From an uncultured Mollicutes bacterium (GTDB taxonomy: Bacteria > Bacillota_I > Bacilli_A > ML615J-28 > CAG-313), in contig UQBM01000001.1 of assembly GCA_900539265.1 (NCBI GenBank), positions 66,012-130,011 of the forward strand: 64,000 nt of DNA, written 5' to 3'. This document shows, piece after piece, positions 60,599-64,000 of this stretch (positions are counted from its first letter, which is position 1; each line of letters starts with the position of its first letter). A program made the translations under genes and the position numbers. The notes under the pieces are model-generated. The model was not told the DNA's origin. It saw only the letters and a list, made by a program, of their open reading frames with translations, and searched no databases.

Positions 60599-62322
60599 AG
60601 TTTATTTATCAATATTTAAAACCTTTTATAGGTATTATGATAGTTGGATTATTAATTAAAACCATTGGAACTTTAATAGAACTTGCTTTACCATATATTT
60701 TGAGTTATATTTTAGATGATCTTGTTCCTAATGATGGTAGATTATCTATGATTATTCTTTGGGGAGGCATAATGATTTTGTGTGCTTTAATTGCTCTTTT
60801 TTGTAATATAAAGGCCAATAGAATGGCTTCTAAAGTTGCACGTGATTGTACTAGAAAAATTAGACATGATTTATTTTACCGAACAATTACTCTTTCAGGA
60901 AAACAATTAGATTATTTTACTATTCCTTCTTTAGAAGCTAGAATTACAACCGATACATACAATGTTCAAAATTTTATAGGTAGAATACAACGGTTAGGTG
61001 TAAGAGCGCCGCTTTTATTAATGGGAGGAATTATTGTAACTTTAATTATGGATGCTTATTTATCTTTAGTTATGATTGCAATTTTACCAATTATTTTTGT
61101 TGTTGTCTTATTTATATCTTTGAAAGGAGTGAAACTCTATGCCAATGTACAAGATTCCGTAGATGGAATGGTTCGTGTAGTTAGAGAAGATACTCAAGGT
61201 ATCAGAGTAATTAAAGCTCTATCTAAGGTAGAAAAAGAACAACAAAGATATGATAAGGTTAATAAAAAATTAATTAATGCAGAAAAAAAAGCTAATCTTG
61301 CAATGGGATTTGTTAATCCTATAATGAGTTTATTAATGAATCTTGGCATCACTTTTGTTGTATTGATTGGAGCATATCGCGTAATGAATAGACAAACAGA
61401 GCCTGGTAAAATTGTTGCTTTCACACAATATTTTACAATGATTTCTACTGCAACTTTATCAATTACAAGAATTTTTATGATGTATACTAAAAGTTCTGCT
61501 TCCGCAAGTAGAATAGCAGAAGTGATGCATACTGAAAAAGATTTAGAGGTTGCAAGTTTAGATACATATCCATTAGTTGAAAATGATGATTATATTGTTT
61601 TTGATAATGTATCTTTTTCATATAATCAAACAAAGGATAATTTAAAAAATATCAATTTTCACTTAAGCAAAGGAAAAACTTTGGGAATTATTGGGGCAAC
61701 TGGTAGTGGAAAAACCACTCTTATTAATTTACTAATGCGTTTTTATGATGTAAATAAAGGTTCAATTAGGATTGGTGGAAAGGATATTAGAACTATTCCT
61801 GAAAAGGATTTACATACTTTATTTGGCATTGTAATGCAAAATGATTTTTTGTTTTCTGACACTATCTTAGAAAATATCCGCTTTGGTAGAGAAATTTCGC
61901 AAAATGATATTGAAAAGGCTACAAAAATTTCGCAAGCATATGATTTTATTATGTCATTCCCTGAAGGATTTAATCACGTTTTATCACAGAAGGCAACTAA
62001 TATTTCGGGTGGACAAAAACAAAGGTTATTGATTGCTAGGGCTTTGGCTAATCATCCTGAAATCTTAATTTTAGATGATTCTTCTTCAGCTTTGGATTAC
62101 AAAACAGATGCTAATTTAAGAAAGGCTATTTTGCAAAATCTTGAACATACCACATCTATTATTGTTGCACAAAGAGTTAGTTCTGTTATGAATGCTGATT
62201 TAATTATTGTATTAGAAGAAGGAGAAATTATTGGAATGGGTAATCATCAAGATTTACTAAGCACTTGTGAAGTATATAGAGAAATTAGTGAATCGCAAAT
62301 GGGAGGTAGTTTCATTGATTAA
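60595..62322 (+). CDS. ABC exporter, fused permease/ATPase (multidrug-type), subunit 1
   Basis: A 6-TM N-terminal domain, Walker A 'GATGSGKTT', signature 'ISGGQKQR', Walker B 'LILDDSSSALD'. It overlaps marR at an ATGA junction. Confidence 0.88.
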   Translation: MKFIYQYLKPFIGIMIVGLLIKTIGTLIELALPYILSYILDDLVPNDGRLSMIILWGGIMILCALIALFCNIKANRMASKVARDCTRKIRHDLFYRTITLSGKQLDYFTIPSLEARITTDTYNVQNFIGRIQRLGVRAPLLLMGGIIVTLIMDAYLSLVMIAILPIIFVVVLFISLKGVKLYANVQDSVDGMVRVVREDTQGIRVIKALSKVEKEQQRYDKVNKKLINAEKKANLAMGFVNPIMSLLMNLGITFVVLIGAYRVMNRQTEPGKIVAFTQYFTMISTATLSITRIFMMYTKSSASASRIAEVMHTEKDLEVASLDTYPLVENDDYIVFDNVSFSYNQTKDNLKNINFHLSKGKTLGIIGATGSGKTTLINLLMRFYDVNKGSIRIGGKDIRTIPEKDLHTLFGIVMQNDFLFSDTILENIRFGREISQNDIEKATKISQAYDFIMSFPEGFNHVLSQKATNISGGQKQRLLIARALANHPEILILDDSSSALDYKTDANLRKAILQNLEHTTSIIVAQRVSSVMNADLIIVLEEGEIIGMGNHQDLLSTCEVYREISESQMGGSFID

Positions 62323-64000
62323 CAAGAAGAAAAAAAGTCATATTTTTTATCGCCTTTTTAAATATATGTTAAAGTTTTGGTATCTGACTTTAATCGCCTT
62401 TATTTTTTCAATGATATCGAATTATTTAGCTCTTTTAGGACCTATGTATTTAGGAAATGCAATGAATGCTATTTCTAATAAAACAGGAGTCTTAATCGAT
62501 GAGGTTATTTATAATTTTTGGCAAATGCTTTTTTGTTATATTACATCATTTGTTTTATCGTATTTGTTAACAGTCATAATGGTTGTTTTAAGCCAAAAAA
62601 TTACATATTTAATGAGAAAACAACTTTTTGAAAAACTAACAATTTTGCCAATTGCTTATTTTGATACCCATTCAACAGGAGATATTATTAGTAGAATTTC
62701 TTATGATATTGATACAGTTAATGCAACTTTATCGACTGACTTAATACAAGTTGTAACAAGTATTTATACAGTTATTGGTTCACTTTATTTTATGATTATT
62801 ATATCAAAACCACTGATTTTAGTATTTGTTATAACTGTTCCTATTTCGATTATTTTTACTAAATTGAAAGCTAAAAAGATTCAACCTCTTTTTAGAATGA
62901 ATTCTAAAAAGTTAGGTGAGTTAAATGGTTTTGCTGAAGAAATGTTATCAGGTGCTAAAACAATAGGAGCATATTATCAATATGATGATATAACAGAAAA
63001 GTTTGATCAAAAAAATGATGCGGCAGTAGAAGCATATTATAATGCAGAATATTATGGTGCAATAATTGGACCATCTGTTAATTTTATTAATAATTTATCC
63101 ATTTCACTAGTAATGATTTTTGGAGGAATTTTATATCTATTATCTCAAAAAGAAATTGTTACTGAAGGACAACTTTGGTTTATAACAATTGGAGGAATTA
63201 CTCAATTTGTAATGTATTCTCGTAAATTTGCAGGACCAATTAATGAATTTGCAAATATTATTAGTGAATTTCAATCAGCATATACTGCAGCAGAAAGAAT
63301 TTTTAGAATTATTGATGAAGAACCTGAACCACTTGATAGTCAAGATGCGATAATATTAGAAAATACATTAGGTGATGTAGAATTAGAGAATGTAGAATTT
63401 GGTTATACAAAAGAAAAGATAATTATCCATAATCTTTCCTTTCATGCAAAACCTGGTAAAACCATTGCAATTGTTGGACCAACTGGTGCTGGTAAAACAA
63501 CTATTATCAATTTATTAATGCGATTTTATGACATCAATAGTGGCAAAATATTAGTGGATAACCAAGAGATTGTTAATATTACAAGGAATAGTTTAAGATC
63601 ATCTTATACAATGGTTTTACAAGATACATGGCTTTTTTATGGCACTATTTATGAAAATATTGTTTATGGGGCAGAAGATGCAACGATGGAAGAAGTTATT
63701 GGTGCAGCTAAAGCGGCTAAAATTCATTCTTTTATTGAACAATTGCCTAATGGATATAATACCTTGTTATCAGATGATGGTATTAATATATCTAAAGGTC
63801 AAAAACAATTGATTACAATTGCTAGAGCAATGCTTCCAAAAAGTAAAATGCTAATTCTTGATGAGGCGACATCAAATGTAGATTCAAGGACAGAAATTAA
63901 AATTCAAAATGCTATGTCAACATTGATGAAAAATCGCACTTGTTTTGTTATTGCTCATCGTTTATCAACTATTCAAAATGCTGATTTAATATTAGTAGTA
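62315..64000 (+). CDS. ABC exporter, fused permease/ATPase, subunit 2 (3'-partial, runs off the window)
   Basis: This ORF is not in the supplied track because it has no stop in the window. A TTG at 62315 follows GGGAGG and overlaps the upstream stop. The product reads 'LINKKKKSHIFYRLFKYMLKFWYLTLIAF...', with Walker A 'GPTGAGKTT', signature 'ISKGQKQL' and Walker B 'LILDEATS'. The frame is open to nt 64000. Confidence 0.85.
   Translation, partial: MINKKKKSHIFYRLFKYMLKFWYLTLIAFIFSMISNYLALLGPMYLGNAMNAISNKTGVLIDEVIYNFWQMLFCYITSFVLSYLLTVIMVVLSQKITYLMRKQLFEKLTILPIAYFDTHSTGDIISRISYDIDTVNATLSTDLIQVVTSIYTVIGSLYFMIIISKPLILVFVITVPISIIFTKLKAKKIQPLFRMNSKKLGELNGFAEEMLSGAKTIGAYYQYDDITEKFDQKNDAAVEAYYNAEYYGAIIGPSVNFINNLSISLVMIFGGILYLLSQKEIVTEGQLWFITIGGITQFVMYSRKFAGPINEFANIISEFQSAYTAAERIFRIIDEEPEPLDSQDAIILENTLGDVELENVEFGYTKEKIIIHNLSFHAKPGKTIAIVGPTGAGKTTIINLLMRFYDINSGKILVDNQEIVNITRNSLRSSYTMVLQDTWLFYGTIYENIVYGAEDATMEEVIGAAKAAKIHSFIEQLPNGYNTLLSDDGINISKGQKQLITIARAMLPKSKMLILDEATSNVDSRTEIKIQNAMSTLMKNRTCFVIAHRLSTIQNADLILVV

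Overview
This is a very AT-rich chromosomal segment from a low-GC monoderm. Gene content and the many lipoproteins suggest an Erysipelotrichia- or Acholeplasma-like Bacillota/Mycoplasmatota lineage, which is a guess from content only. The standard genetic code applies: TGA acts as a stop at ATGA and TGAnATG gene junctions, and Trp is encoded by TGG.

The left ~15 kb looks accessory. It holds:
- a 5'-partial RHS/YD-repeat polymorphic toxin whose C-terminal cargo is a block of hydrophobic helices plus a CAE...PCxxC deaminase-like domain;
- 9 nt downstream, a putative two-domain immunity gene (SUKH-3-like plus barstar-like);
- an HTH/TPR-like (RNPP-type) regulator candidate;
- a Cys-rich lipoprotein;
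- a decayed IS3/IS150-family element with perfect 38-bp inverted repeats;
- a split chromate-transporter pair;
- a DUF134::NifX-like fusion with a His/Cys tail;
- a leaderless vWA protein;
- a single-domain MGMT-like gene followed by a 2TM + Nudix-like protein.

The remainder is mostly core and co-directional. In order it contains an XRE-cupin regulator with potABCD, an amidase lipoprotein, psuG, copA-copZ-csoR with a candidate CsoR operator, tdk, tadA, a small SRP RNA, and three large surface proteins. These are followed by dnaE, a ROK kinase with pgcA and pgi, a MATE pump, an endonuclease-I lipoprotein, and a homopolymer-frameshifted pcp. Next come groES-groEL (no CIRCE seen) coupled to a coiled-coil gene, a free-standing B3/4-domain protein, glnS, pcrA, a hydrolase, ligA and uvrA. 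The window ends with marR plus two ABC exporter genes, the last of which runs off the right edge.

I saw no CRISPR array, tRNA or rRNA. All functional calls rest on motif and family recognition by eye. No searches or computations were run.
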